Shown here in pieces: positions 22,168-36,500 of a stretch of DNA of 64,000 nucleotides; position 1 is the first letter of the stretch; the number at the start of each line of letters is the position of its first letter. The notes below the pieces were generated by a model, which saw nothing but the letters and a program-made list of their open reading frames with translations, ran no database searches and was not told where the DNA came from. Made by a program: the position numbers and the translations under genes. This DNA is from Azolla caroliniana (lineage: Eukaryota > Plantae > Polypodiophyta): the NCBI GenBank assembly GCA_043228905.1, contig JBHGNT010000008.1, positions 12,772,001 through 12,836,000 of the forward strand. The letters are read 5' to 3'.

Positions 22168-25100
22168 CTACATTTGGTATTGAGGGGGAGCTCCAGGCCC
22201 ACCTGGCGGAAGAGGCGGAGGAGCAGAACCAGATGGCAATGGGGGCATCATCCCTTGAGGTGGTGGCATCATGTTCCGAGGAGGCTGACCTTGAGCCATT
22301 TGCATCTGCATCTGCATCTGCATCTGCATTTGCATTTGAGAAGGTGTTCCACCTAACTGTGATTGTTGTTGTGGGGGTGGACCTCTAGCCCAATTCACCG
22401 GAGGCCCCATACCTATTTGTGGAGGTGGGGGTCGAACCGAGAAACCTTGAGGAGGCGGAGGAGGCATATTTGGAGGCATATTCGGCCTCGAAATTGGAGG
22501 AGGTGGTCTGAATTGTTGTTGCTGGGGTACTGGAAATCCTCCTCCAGGAGGGAAGCCTTGTCCTTGTGGTGCAGCTTGAGGAGGCCATGCAGGGTTTTGT
22601 TGCATAGGAGGATTTTGTTGTTGCCCTTGGAAAGAACTCATCATTGGTTGAGGTGCTTGTGGTGGCCTTTGCATTGTTGGCACTGGAATTGGTACGTTAG
22701 TGAAAGGTGTTGGTGGTGGCTGTGAGGGACCATTAGATTGTAGAGGGATGGTCGGAGCCCCACTAAGAGATGGTGGGCCACTTGCAAAGAGTGTGTGAGG
22801 CCTATTCTTTTGTACATTGGGATTGCTTGAAGCCAACATTCGTTCTGTAGTCATATGAGTATTCATCAAAGTTAGCAATCAAATAACGTTTAATGAGATG
22901 CCAAAGATAAGCCATGTGTACATTGTTAGCAATCATATAGCATTTCAATACAAAATGTTGGTGATAACTCATGACTTATGTTTGTTTCTACCTGCAGGAG
23001 TCCCATGTCTTTCCCCTTTAGTTTCCTTCTTGTAAGCATATGATACAGTGATGGGTTGGTTGCAAAGGTACTGTCCAGTCATTGCCTGCATGCATAAAGA
23101 TATCGAAACCAAGGATTTTCAAGGAGATCACAACAGGTCTTCTGAACACTTTGATATTAAAATCTTACATACTTCCCACCTTGGTGAATCTCTACTGTCT
23201 ATTAATTAATGCACAGGAAGAATAGCTCTCCTATTTATCAAGAATACTTCTAATATTTAAAATATGCATGACTCTTCCATATTTTCTCCCCAGGTGAATC
23301 TCTATTTGAACTGCTGATTGCCTCCCTATGTACACACACAAAGAACAGTTCTATTATCTACCAAAGAATCTCTAGAATCCAACTGGAAAACATAACATTG
23401 TTAGAACCACTAGATGAAATACAGTTACAATGCAATGTTTAGATCACAAACGCATTTTGAGTGCCTTACATCTATAGCTGCATCTGATGCTTGAAACGAA
23501 TCATAGCTGATGAAACCAAAGCCTCGAGAATTTCCATTATCAGGATCCCTCATTATCTGCAGAGAACATAAAGTATTTAAGCTTATGAGTAAAACTATAA
23601 AGATGTCATCATTATTTCACTATCCTTCAACATGCAGCTTACAAATCTAAGCATCTAGACAGCATTTTCTTCTCAACATCCGAGAAAAATGAAGTGTTAA
23701 ACAAAATTTACAAACGGCCATGCTTTTATGATCTTTAAGGGAACTACTTTTTACAAACCAAGAAACCAAGATTGATAATGATCCTTATAACCCAGGATTA
23801 TGCAGATGAAATCATGCTGATTTTCAACACAAGTAGCTAGAAGAAAAAAAAGATTGATAATTCATACACTTGCTTAATAACTGAATTCTAGAAATGGTCA
23901 GTATTAGAAGATCTCCTAGTCATCTAGTTAATCATAATGATATGCACTAATCAATAGATTAGAGAGAAAAGCAAGTTAGTGATTAAAACAAAGTCCACGA
24001 CCCAATCTAATCCCCAGCTAAGGCCAATCCAGCTAGATGAAAGCATATGCCATACTATACCTAGATACAACAACTATGTAGTACTGCAAGAAAGACATCA
24101 TCAGAGCCCACCATTATCGTGACAGCGGGAACTGTCACAAGGAGGATTAAAATTTCCACGTCACCTCTACAAACACAAAGTTGTGTATTGTAGTAGCAGT
24201 CAGACACCCACAGATGAATCAAACATAAAGCAAGCCAGGTCACATTACAACACTGCATGTCCTAAGATCGGGCAGTAAAGCTAAAGAAGTTTCAGTCACC
24301 AAAGGAAGTCGAAATTTCTTACCACAACAGCACTAGATCAACTGCTAAAGAACTGCATATGCTCCGGAATGTTTGAACGAAATCCCTCTAGCTCATATAT
24401 AATATAAAATAAGCTTACCATAAAATAACTTTAAGGGAGAATCAAGTGTCTTGAATCTCAGAAGATTAAAAATATACCTTGGGATTAGTAACAATGACAC
24501 CAAATGCACTGAAAGTGTCGTAAAGAAGCTTTTCATCCACATCCTGTTTACAGAAAATGAATGTTAATGATGAAAAAACATGAACACAAAAACTCAAAAC
24601 AAAGGATGGAAACTTACAGGATCAAGATTCCCAACAAAGAGATTTGCCCCAACATCCAAACTCTTCTTATCTTGAGATGCCTATTGGATATTGGCAAAGA
24701 TTGTTAATGGTCCAAACTTTATATAGGAACGGGACAGAACATTGAGTAAATCTTACTAAATAGATCATTAATGAAGATGTATACACATAAATCTTTAGTA
24801 ACCCACAATATTGCACCTTATGAGTATTGAGAAAGAAAGAGAGATAGACAGAAGCTGTATCAAACTATACAAATTTAAGAACAAAGAAAAAATGCTCGGA
24901 GGATTAGTAAAAGGAACAGGAGAAAGGGAGAGAACTAATAAAGGATGAAGTCGTTAGGAAATCAAGAAAAAAAGAACCTTTCAGAGAGAGAGACGGAGGA
25001 GACTGAATCGAACTATACAAATTTAAGAACAAACCATACCTGCCTGGAAGAGCAGTAAAAGAAACAAGAGAAATGGAGAGAATTTAATAAACAATACGAG

Positions 25101-27704
25101 TCATATTAGGAGATGAAAAAAGGAAACAGTAATTATATGGTAGAGGTAGAAAGACAAAAGTATAGATCATTAAGTGGTAGCCATAAAATAAAATGGCTGT
25201 ACCGTTTGCTAAACAGCCTTGACTATAAACAAATATTCAAACTAAAAAGAATGAAGTCATGAACTGCTTACATTATTCAACTGAAACATGCTGAATTCAC
25301 ATTTACAAGAACTCTGCAACATGTGAAGCACAATTACGTACCTTATTAACTCGGATTGGCTTTCCAAACAGCTTGATCATATTCAAAATTTTAATCGCCT
25401 GTAATGTTGCTCAGGAATTGTCAATGCTGTAAGAATAAACTCATTCTGAGATGCAAGGAAAATCTATGATCTACATACATAATCAGCATCCTCCTCACTC
25501 CGGAACTCCACAAAACCATATCCCTGGTGAAGATTTGTCACTCGATCCTTTGGGACGTAAACATTTACTGCAGAATAACAATATGATACAAAGTTTGGAA
25601 GTACATTATTAAATGAAAGCTCCTTTAAAAGATAATGAGGTATTTCACTCACCGACTGGTCCAGCTTGCACAAACAGTTCCCACAAAAGCTCTTCAGTGA
25701 TCTACTTCAAAAATAAGAGATTGTTACAGAACAGAAACTTTGTGACATTTTTGAACCCAAATACATCTACAAAGTCACACACATTGTATTCATTTCTCTC
25801 AACTCATATCCACAAAATCCATATTCTCATTTTTGGTGATGAACCATAACCCACAAATATGTAAGTGCAGTTTGAGAAACAAGACAAATACTAGAATCCA
25901 ACCCCATAAATACATTTTTGCACTGAAATGCAGCAAAGTCCTATATAAGTATAAATGGGAGGGAAATAAATTAATCATGAAGACATAAAAACGAATTTGT
26001 ATCCTCATTGATCATGAACAATCCTTCTCAAACTAACAAAAGTTTTTTCTTTTCAATCGAAAAGAAATGCGGTATAGTCCCTTCCCTAAGTTGCCAACAT
26101 GTGTGATCTTTCATGGGAATTGGCACAACAATTAAATCGTAAGAACTTGAGCCATCATCACAAGAACAACAGTGAAATAATTAAAAAATCATGAAATAGA
26201 AATACTGGGGTATCCTCCTGAGCAATACTTCTAGTCAAACAAAGATTTAATTTTTTATTATGGTTCAGTTCTTACACTGAGATGTTAGGAAAACTAGCAT
26301 TTCATGGTCTTCGTCTTCTTGCATGTGACCAAGGGGTGTTACATTTAGTTCTGCTTTTATGACATACACACACACACACATATATATATGCATGCATACA
26401 TGCATACATACATATATATACATTATTTGCTCGTTGCAACTCTTGAAGTTCTCTAAGACCACATTGAATTTGAATGGCCAATGTGAAATTTTCAAAGATC
26501 AATGATCTTATGGCAGCCAAGCCCCAGGAACAGTATGTTGTTATCCAGTTAACATTGGAATCTAATGTTTGTGGAGGCGTGGCCATCCACTTATAAGGCC
26601 ACTTATGAGATTAAGATTTATGAAGGCATTTAGTGAGTAGCCTAAGATACTGCATCTGAAGAGGTAACACTTGGCAACATGTGAAAGATTTGACTTATTT
26701 AAACAAACCTCTTTTTTTATGTAAAATCAAAATTCAGATTTAAGTCTTAGGGAGTCATATTAGAGTGCTGAAACTGTAGGAATCATAATGGATTTGCTCT
26801 CTTTGTTAGTATGCTCAGTTGATACAACTATAGAGGCTCTATATGCGGATTTCATTAAGCACGAGTAAAAGAAGCAGCAACATCAAAGTCCTTGTCCATG
26901 AGCAATCTAGCTTCCTGAATGTGAAATTAAGTTTTAGCGAGTACAAAATCTTCGTGATAAGTGAGCTTGTATCACAATTTAAGCAAAACAATTTACAATT
27001 TTTTCTAAATCAGGAGAGAGATAAATATAACATCAAGAAAACGAAATATAAAATTGTATCCTAATGAGCAATACTTCTCGACAAACTAAAGTTTATACTG
27101 TTTCCAATCTACACAAATGTGCTACATTTCATTTCTTTTCAACCTGTATGAAATGTTATATAAGTCATCCCCTAAGATCTTACATTCATGACTAGTCATA
27201 ATTTTTAATGCATCAACCAACAACTTGCACCCAAAGGCCATCCCATAAACATTCATAATCTTTCCATCAAGCTTCTTGAATCATCAATACACATTTGTGA
27301 AACGACCAAGACATACTGATATGAAAAAATTGAAGTAAAAACAAAATCTAAACTGAAACAGGAAATCACAAAATTTACGTGACAAAAACTAGAGTACTCC
27401 CAAATTTTACGAACGGGGGAGAAAATCTAAGGTGCCGGAGGAGAGCATCAATTTAGATGCATTTCTGAATGGACCCGGACATCATCTATGGAAACTTCTT
27501 AAATATCCACATAATCCGAGAAAAAAATCCAAACACAGAGAATAAATCAACAGGAAAATATGGGATGAAAGAAACGAGCAGGTAGAGAAAGGAAGTGACC
27601 TGAGCGTCGAGGTTACCAACGTAAGCGGTGGCATCCTGGTTCCTCTCTGCAGCGTGCTGCCCTAACAAATTGGCCCCCACACCAGGTGTGATCCTGCTCG
27701 TCAT
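22168..27704 (-). CDS. SF3B4: Splicing factor 3B subunit 4 (SAP49); exons 27704-27600, 25701-25653, 25567-25479, 25398-25342, 24680-24618, 24543-24478, 23556-23470, 23085-22992, 22844-22168; 428 aa
   Basis: [76 protein letters not shown], Pro-rich tail; all introns GT-AG; exons sum to 1287 nt. Confidence 0.97.
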
Positions 27705-27749
27705 TTCTTTCCCCTCTTCCGCTCGCTCGCTCGCTCGCAGGCTCTTCGT

Positions 27750-27898
27750 AGAAGAAGAAGAAGAAGAAGAAGAAGAAGAAGAAGAAGAATTGGTGTTTGA
27801 AGAAGGAAGAGCAGCTCTTTGTAAAATAATAATTTAAGAATATAAATAAATAAATAAATAAAAGCACTAGCAGTGTATATACATACATATGTATACAG

Positions 27899-27930
<32 letters not shown>

Positions 27931-27975
27931 TGTATGTATGTAGTAAGTACATACATACTGTATGTATGTATGTAA
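27750..27975. repeat. (CTT)n, (TTTA)n and (ACAT)n microsatellites upstream of the SF3B4 start codon
   Basis: Direct reading. Confidence 0.9.
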
Positions 27976-28559
27976 GACTGTATGTAAAGTAGTACAGGAC
28001 TTTTAATTGATCAATCCACCCCTCGGTAGTGTGTATGTATGTATGTTTGGAAGAAATGACAACTCCTCTTTACTCCATACTCATACTACTACTACCAAAT
28101 TCATACATACGTATATATACATACACCCTCTCCTTGTACCATCAAGGGGTGGTGTCTAGCAAATTTTTCGGAAGCATACCATACCCAACTGAATTAAGGG
28201 CATTCCGTCATTTTTTTCCCTTCACAATCACAATAATCATAAGCCAAAAGAAGACTTCTCGATTGAAACTTACTAAGACAAAACTATATTTTTGCTAGTC
28301 TTTGCCTTTTTTGTTGCTCCATGATCAATAAGTATTCCTTCGTGCTAGATTTTTGTAGATAATCAAAAGAGAACATTGTACTTAGTAAAAGAACATAAAA
28401 ACATCCTTTACAAAGCAAAGGGAGAAGAAGGATAAGAATCAGATTCACTCTGGGCTATGTGATGACGAATTATTCTTCTCTTTCAAAATTCAAATGTTAT
28501 AAATAAGTATATACATCGGTGATACATCTTAGGATTAACCTAACCCATTAACATGCATG

Positions 28560-28830
28560 TGCCCATTACCACACACTACAATTTAAGAAATGGTATTCAT
28601 GAAAAGAATAGTAAGATACGGATATGTGTCAACTACACACATTGTCAAGTCAATGAAGAGATTGTCTACAATAACTACCCAATCCCTTACATTGAGCATA
28701 TACTACAAAGAGTAGCGAACAAGGAGGCATACAACTTCATTGATAGTTTCTTTGGGTATAATAAGATATCTGTCACCCAAAAGATCAACATAAAATGGCT
28801 TTTGCTACCGAGTTGGGTATGTTCTATCTC
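28560..28830 (+). pseudogene. Gypsy (Athila/Tat-like) RT fragment
   Basis: KIRICVNY, YPIPYIEHILQRVA, FIDSFFGYNKI, MAFATELG. Confidence 0.75.
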
Positions 28831-28949
28831 TTTTTGCCTAACAAAGAGTTTAGAGAATTTTTGAAGGACCTCCTAACCGTACATGATAGTCGCTCATCAC
28901 GCGTCACTCTAACCCTACAACACGTGGATGAGATATACCCAAGATTCCA

Positions 28950-31260
28950 TGTTGAGAGACAAGCTCAACATGGGCCGAATCGGTTGAAGACCGATCGACT
29001 AGGCCTAAATCGGCTCAAGAAGCCAAGAGCCGAGTTGGATGGATTCCAAGAGGCCGTTAGGGGCCTAAATTCCTATTATAGTAATAGTAATATTATAGGT
29101 TGTTTGTGTTAGGCTCAATTAATGAGCATTCAAGTACTTGTCAGTACTTGTGTCAGTCCACTCATCAAGGCTTGTATAAAAAGTGCTCATTGAGCACATT
29201 GTATGTATAGAGTGTTGGTTATTGTTTAATATGAGTTTTTGTTGTTTCTCTCTCACTCATTGTGTATCCATTCTTTGTGTTTACCTAACTGTCGAGTTCC
29301 GAACAATCGACTGTGTACTCAGTGTCTATCGCACACGTAACTTTTCATGGTATCAGAGCGCGAGGGTTGAGAATCCTTTGCACCCAACAGAAAAGCAAGT
29401 GAACAAGACAAAGATAAGTTTCTCGTTTTCAAAACAGAAAAGTCAACGGAAAAGTCAGGAACATGGACAGAGGAATGGGAAGCTCACTTCCGATAGAGAA
29501 GCTCGATAGGAGCAACTACGCATCTTGGTCATTCAAGATGCACCAGTACGTGCTCAGGCACGGTTATTAGAGTTATGTCGAAGGAGCTAATGATGCAGCA
29601 CCCGAATCAACACACAGGGATTTCCCAGTCTGGGAATAGACGGCGAGCAGAGTTTTGTATTGCTTCGCATCCTATGTGAATGACCAACTTTTGAGCTACA
29701 TCCAAGTTGCCAAATGCAGAAGGATGCTTGGGGAAATCTAAAGAATATTTTTGCCACGAGCACCACATCTAGAAAGCTTCAACTCAGATAGGAGTTGAGC
29801 AATGTCCAACAAAGAGAGATGTCGGTGTTTGACTACACCTCCAAAATCAAGGAGATCTGCGACTCCGTCGTCTCCATCAACGTGAACATCGAGGAGGATG
29901 AAATGGTGCAGGTTTGCCTCGGAAGGTTGGCGTCGAAGTTCGGAGCATTCCGAACGGCGGTCTGCACGAGGGAGAATACACCTTCGTTTTTCGAGCTATA
30001 ATCAATGTTGCTCGTAGAAGAAAACCACTTGGGTGCGTCGACGAGTACACACACCGACAACAAGATGTTGTGCATGGAGGCGGATCGGCCCCATGGTCAT
30101 GGTGGACGAGGCAGGTCGGCGCGCAATGGAGGCGACCAACAGGAGCAAAACTCGAGGCATAATCGAAATGTCAACAACAATTCTGGACCCTCCACGAGTA
30201 AGGGGAGTCAAGGTGGCACCGGAGGTCGGCAAGGAAAGGCCATGACGGATTGTTGGTATTGTGGCCGAAAAGGCCACACAGAGAGCGAGTGCTAGAAAAA
30301 CCAAGCCGATTTGGACAAAGCAGGATCAAGTCAAGGGGATGCAGATAGTCATCAAAGATCACACTACGCTGAAGGCTCGGGGCGAGCCGAAATGGGCCCA
30401 ACCTTTGTAATGAATCACAACGCCAATTTGATGACGATGAACACCTCAAGGTCAAACGAAGGTGTGGTATGTGGATTTAAGTGCATCGAACCACATGACG
30501 AATCACAAGGAGTGGTTCTAGACTCTAGAGAAGTCGGAACAGCTGGGGGTTGTCGAAACTGGTGACGATACCCCTCACCCCATCGAACACATCGAAGATG
30601 TCCCTCTGAGCCATGTCGGTCAGAGAGGAATAAGGAGAAATGTCTTGCATGTGTAGAAAATCACCAAGAACTCGGTGTTAGACGGACAAATTGTCGACCA
30701 GGGCATGCAAGTTCAATTTACTCACCTTGGGTGTTTCATCGAAGAAGAAGGTAAGAACATTGCGTAAGGGCGCCAAGATCACTCCTATTTGGCAGGTTTG
30801 AAATGAAAGATATGAAGGAGCTCCATTACTTCCTTGGCAACAAAGTAATTCAGACACAAGTCGGGATCTTGATCTCTCAACGGTACTACATTCTCAACTT
30901 ACTCTACAAGTTCGGAATGATCGAGTGCAAACCTGTGTCCACTCCTCTTGACTATAATCTCAAGCTCGATGTCGATTCCGACAGAGCCGAGTGTTAGCCA
31001 AATCAATATCGCTAACTGATCGACAACCTCATCTACCTAACCATCACACAACCTAACCTAGGCTACTATGTCGGCCTACTTAGCCAATTCATGCAGAACC
31101 CACGAAATCTCCATCTCGATTGCGCTAAGAGGATACTTCAGTATGTCAGTGGTATGAAGGATTACGACATTATGTACAAGTTGAATACGCTTATTCGACT
31201 CGAAGGGTACACAGATGCGGACTGGGCTGGATATAAGGTCGAGAGACAATCGACATCCGG
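28950..31260 (+). mobile_element. Copia element D, 5' part with internal deletion; 3' end lost
   Basis: LTR 28950-29347; PBS TGGTATCAGAGC 29348-29359; decayed gag with CWYCGRKGHTESEC; protease; jump at ~30780 to RT MKDMKELHYFLG...GYTDADWAG. Confidence 0.88.
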
Positions 31261-33557
31261 ATGGGAAGAGAAGTACCATGTTGATGAGTATCTCGGTCGT
31301 GGCCGAAACCGAAACCGAAACCGAAAACCAAAATCGTTTCGGAAGACTATAATTCCAAAGTGATTTGGAAAGTGGAAGCGGAATCCCTTCTCTAGGCCTT
31401 GGTCGGAAGAGACGGCGAATCTGAAGCATTTTCAGCGCTGGAATCGGATTCGGAAGGGGGTTACAGCGCACACACGAACTATCGCAGCAGTAACGACACC
31501 CCAGGAGGACTGGAGGATGAGGAGTTGGATACATTACCGACACCGGAACCAGAGTTGTCAAACCGGGAACCTTCGACACTAGACATATAATAACCTCCGG
31601 AGACGGAAGAAGAAAAAGAAAGACCTCCGACACCGGAAGTCGAGCCGGCAACACCAAAGGAAGACCGGCAAAGACCTCCGACGCCGATAGAACAGTAGGA
31701 AAGACCACTGACACCGCCAACCCGCGAACCGACACCAGACAACGACATGCTATTCCAGTACACCAAGTATAGGGATGACCCGGACGCGGAGGCTCATGTT
31801 CACGCGTTTCAACAAACATGGGAGGCGAACCATGTGTCACAACGGTTAACCGCGGCCGAAGAGGAACGATCTAAGATAGCCGAATTCGGCGTGACATTTG
31901 AAGGACCGGCCGCCAGATGGCACCAGACGCAGGACCCCAGCACCATCACCACCTTTGTGGACCTGAAAGATAAATTCTTGCACTTCTTTCAGAAGGAGGT
32001 GGACCAGAGAGAAATGGTGGGCCTATTTTATACCATCCGACAGGACCCTGGGGAGACCATTCCGCAGTTTGTCATCCGGTTTCAACGGATGCACAGTCAG
32101 CTTACCCAAACACCTCCGGAGGAAGAAACACGGGCTATATTCTTAGCCGTGCTCCGGGAACCTATACGAATGGTATGCACGGTCATCGACTTTCGCACAA
32201 GCACCGTCGACCAGGTCATCGACCGAGTTAGAGAAATGGAAAAAACGAGCTCTTGGCTAACAATGGGAGCCCTCCAACGAGCGTTACCAACCGATGAGGA
32301 TCTCCGGTTCCGGCAAGCAATCCAATGCACGCCCTGCTTGAATTCCGGACACTCGACACTGGAGTGCACCATGCTGACGCACTGCTTACACTGCCAATCT
32401 ATGAGCCACACGATGTGTCCGGTGCGAATATAACTTATTGAATCGGCAAGCACCACTAGTCCGGCAAATCGAGCCACGTAGCAGCCGTGACGAAGAAGAC
32501 GAACGCTGGCGGCGAGAGGAGTGATATCAACCGGCACATGATGTCCGGTACGACGATCGACGAGACAACTATGACCGGTACGAGAGATATGACAAGTACC
32601 GAGATTACAATGGACAGTATGAGCATTACAACTGGGATCACTCCCCTGAGTATCACCAACGACGGGAAGATTACGGGAGATATGACGACCAACCCCGTCA
32701 AGGGTACCGCAACAAAAAGAACTTTAATAAAAAACGGCATTTCAAAAAAGGGAGCCACCCACGTGAACCGGAAAAAGGCGCCTCAAGCAGCCAACCGGAC
32801 CAAAGCCCCGCGGTTACCACAAGTCCTCCACTGGGTACAGGAAACAATGCTGAATCCAGCAATACTCAGAAAGCATATTGCTATTATTGCCGGCAAGAAG
32901 GACATTATAGTAATCCATTTTCGGCAAAGAGCTATGACAAGCGAACGACAGTAAACATGGTAGTCGCCGAAGTCGCAGACCTGCAACAGGTTACCACAAG
33001 GTCGAAGGGCAAGACGACGGAATGGGAGACTGTTGAGAGACAAGCTCAACATCGGCCGGATCGGCTGAAGAAGCCGAGGACCGGATCGGTTGGGACCGAT
33101 CGGTTAGGCCGAATGCGTAAACTGGTACGTAGACTGGTGCGTAGGTAGGGCCGGATCGGTGCGTAAACCAGGAGGCCGTTAGGAAAGATATTCCGTGAGG
33201 AATATATTTGGGAGTTAGTGTAGGAGCTCTTAGTGAGCATTGAAGTACTGTCAGTACTTCGGTCAGTCCTTCTATGACTTGTATAAAAGTGTTCATTGAA
33301 CACACATATGCATAGAGAATGGTGAATAGAGTTTTTTAAATATAGTTCTTGTATTTTCTCTCTATCACTCTCTCTGTCTCTCTGTCTCTCCTGCGTATAC
33401 TGCGTAAGCTCAAGCTCTCCATTAAACCTGAGCTTTCTTCCTTCTGTTCGGTCTTCATACTTGCTTCCGCACGTTACTCTTTACATGGTATCAGAGCGCG
33501 AGGGTTGAGAACCTCTCTGCAGCCGACACAGCTTGACGAAGAAGAACAAGAAGAACG

Positions 33558-36500
33558 ATGGATAGAGGCATGGCGAGCTCGCTTCCAACAGAGAAGCTCG
33601 ACAGAACCAACTACGCGTCTTGGTCCTACAAGATGCACCAGTACCTGCTCGGGCACGGCTACTGGAGTTATGTCGAAGGAGCTAATGACGCGGCACCCGA
33701 ATCAACACACAGAGACTTCCCGTCGTGGGAGCAATCGGCGAGCAGGGTATTATACTGCTTCGCGTCGTGTGTGGGCAAACAACTATTGAGCTATGTTCGG
33801 GATGCAAAGACACCGAAGGGTGCGTGGGAAAATCTGAAGAAGATTTTCGCCGCGAGCACCACAGCCAAGAAGCTTCAGCTCCGACAAGAGTTGAACAACC
33901 TACGACAACGCGACTTGTCGATGGCGGACTATACCTCGAAGATCAAGGATATCTGCGACTCCCTTGCCTCCATAGAGGTGAACATCGAGGAGAGAGAGAT
34001 GGTCCAAATCTGTCTCGGAGGTTTGGCATCGAAGTTCGGAGCGTTCCGAACGGCTGTGTGTACCCGGGAGAATACGCCGTCCTTTTTCGACTTACAGTCA
34101 ATGCTCCTGGTAGAGGAGAACCACGCGGGTGTGTCTACAAGCACGCACACCAACAACAGAATGCTGTACACAGAGGGAGATAGGCCCCGTGGACGTGGAG
34201 GACGAGGCCAGTCGGCACGCAATGGAGGCGGCCGACGAGATCAAGGAAGAAGGCACCGAAGTGATGCCGACAGCAACTCCGGACCCTCCGGAAACAGGGG
34301 GAGTCGAAGCGATGAGAACCGGCAAGGGAAGGCCACAGGGAAAGTGAGTGCTGGAAGAAGCGCGCCGATTCGGAGAGAACCGGTTCCGGAAACGGCTCCA
34401 GACATACCGACAAGGGAAATCGGCAGTGACCGCACTACGCCGAAGACTCCGGGAGAGCCGGAGAAGGGTTTGTCTTCGTGATGAGACACGAAGCAAACTC
34501 AATGAAACGGACCACCCCGACATCGGACGAGGTGTGGTACATAGACTCCGGTGCGTCGAACCACATGACGAGTCATAAGGTGTGGTTCTCGTACCTTGAA
34601 AAACCGATACAACCTGGAGTAGTCGCAACTGGAGACGACACTCCGCATCTGATCGCGAATGTCGGAGAAGTTCCCCTTAGCCATGTCAGGCAGAAAGGGA
34701 AACTCATGAACGTGCTGCATGTTCCGACAATCACGAAGAACTTGGTCTCGGTCGGACAAATCGTTGACCAAGGGATGGAGGTTCGGTTTACACACTCGGG
34801 TGCTTCATTGAGGAAGAAGGCCGTGTGATTGCGCAAGGGCGCAGAGACGGGAGGATGTTCATCCTCGATTCCACTGACGGCGGCACCGCAATGTTCACGA
34901 AGGGACAAAAATCCAAGTCGGACATCGACTTGTGGTACAAGCGGATAGGCCACGTCAACTACCAGCGGCTTCAAGATCTGCAATCGAAACAAGTAGTGTT
35001 AGGATTGCCCAAATTTAGTGGCCGAAAGGCACAAATTTGTGAAGCCTGTCAGCTCGGGAAGCAACACCGACTTCCTTTCCCCAACGAGCGAAACCGGAGC
35101 CGGAACAAGCTCGACCTTATACACTCCGATGTATGGGGGCCGGCACAAAACGTTAGTCTTGGCAGGAGCCGATATTTCATCTCCTTCATCAACAACCACA
35201 CGCGGCACACGTGGATCTACCTCATTGAGAGGAAGAGCGAAGTCTTCGACTGTTCCGGGACCTCAAAGGGTTCGTGGAAACGGAAACGGGACGAAAGATC
35301 AAGTGCCTGCGGTCGGATGGCAGGAAAGAGTACTTTTCTGGTCAATTCAACGGTTATCTACAACAAATGGGAATTCGGCGCGAATTCAGTTGTAGATACG
35401 CGCCGGAGCAGAACGGCATGGCCGAGAGGAAGAATCGGTCGATTGTGGAAGCGGCACGGGCAATGCTGGAGGAGAAGAGTTTGCCTAAGTTCTACTGGGC
35501 CGAGGCGGTAAGGACCGCGGTATACATCCAGAACCGGATTGGAGACAAAGTGTCGGCGCACGAGCTATATTTCGGAACGAAGCCGAACTTGCAACACTTG
35601 AGGGTGTTTGGTAGCATTGCGTATGTGCATGTACCGAAGGAGAAAAGGAGGAAGCTGGACGCAAAGGCCGAGAAATGCATCTTGGTCAGTTACTCGGACG
35701 AGCAGAAGGGTTATAAGTGTCAAGGTTCGAACTCTTGACACAACCATGTTATAATCTAGTATTATGAGTTAACCAAGATATCTAGTACTAGTTATGTATG
35801 TAATTGGTCCTTATTATTTAACTAGCATCATGTGCATAGTTGCTCCCTTGTAGTATTTACACTTGGCACATGCATGCATACCTACATGCTCTATTGTAGA
35901 TTCACATGCGTGCAACAAGTATGCATGCCATGTAGTATAAATAGAGGAGTTCACCTTGAAGGAATTCAAGGTGAACTACACCAGTATGGAGTCTTTCCTT
36001 TAATACTATCTTCTTTCTTGTCCATTTGGTTATCTTCTTGCTTGTCTCTTGAGTTTATGATCCGTGACAATAAGTGCTATAACCCTCGCACCAAACAAGC
36101 GCGTGTCAGCCGCGACGTTGTGTTTGACGAGTCCGCGTCTTGGTACCAGCCCCCGACTCTGAACCCCAACTCCAATCCGAGCTCTGATGATGAGGTTAGA
36201 GAGGCCGAGATGCCTCCGGATGAGCCCGAAATCGAGACCCGCGAAGAGAGTCTGATTTCACTCCGTTTAAGTGGACCGAGTGGACCGATTGGATGACCGA
36301 GTCGGTACGACCAGTCAGATGAAGAGCCGGCGAGTAGTGGAGACTCGGTCGTGCATTCCCCGCGCAGGAAGCCGAGGAGACGGCTTACGCGCAAAGAGAA
36401 AGGGAAGAACAAGGTGTCGGATTCTAGCACGGATAGGAACGAGTCAGACCGACGCGAGTCCGACTCCGAGGGAACCGGTGACGGGTCTTTAAAGGTGAAG

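Noticed and set aside
26276-26350. 75-nt stop-containing cassette exon in SF3B4 intron 1
   Set aside because: AG and GTAAG are present, but there is no polypyrimidine tract, so support is too weak
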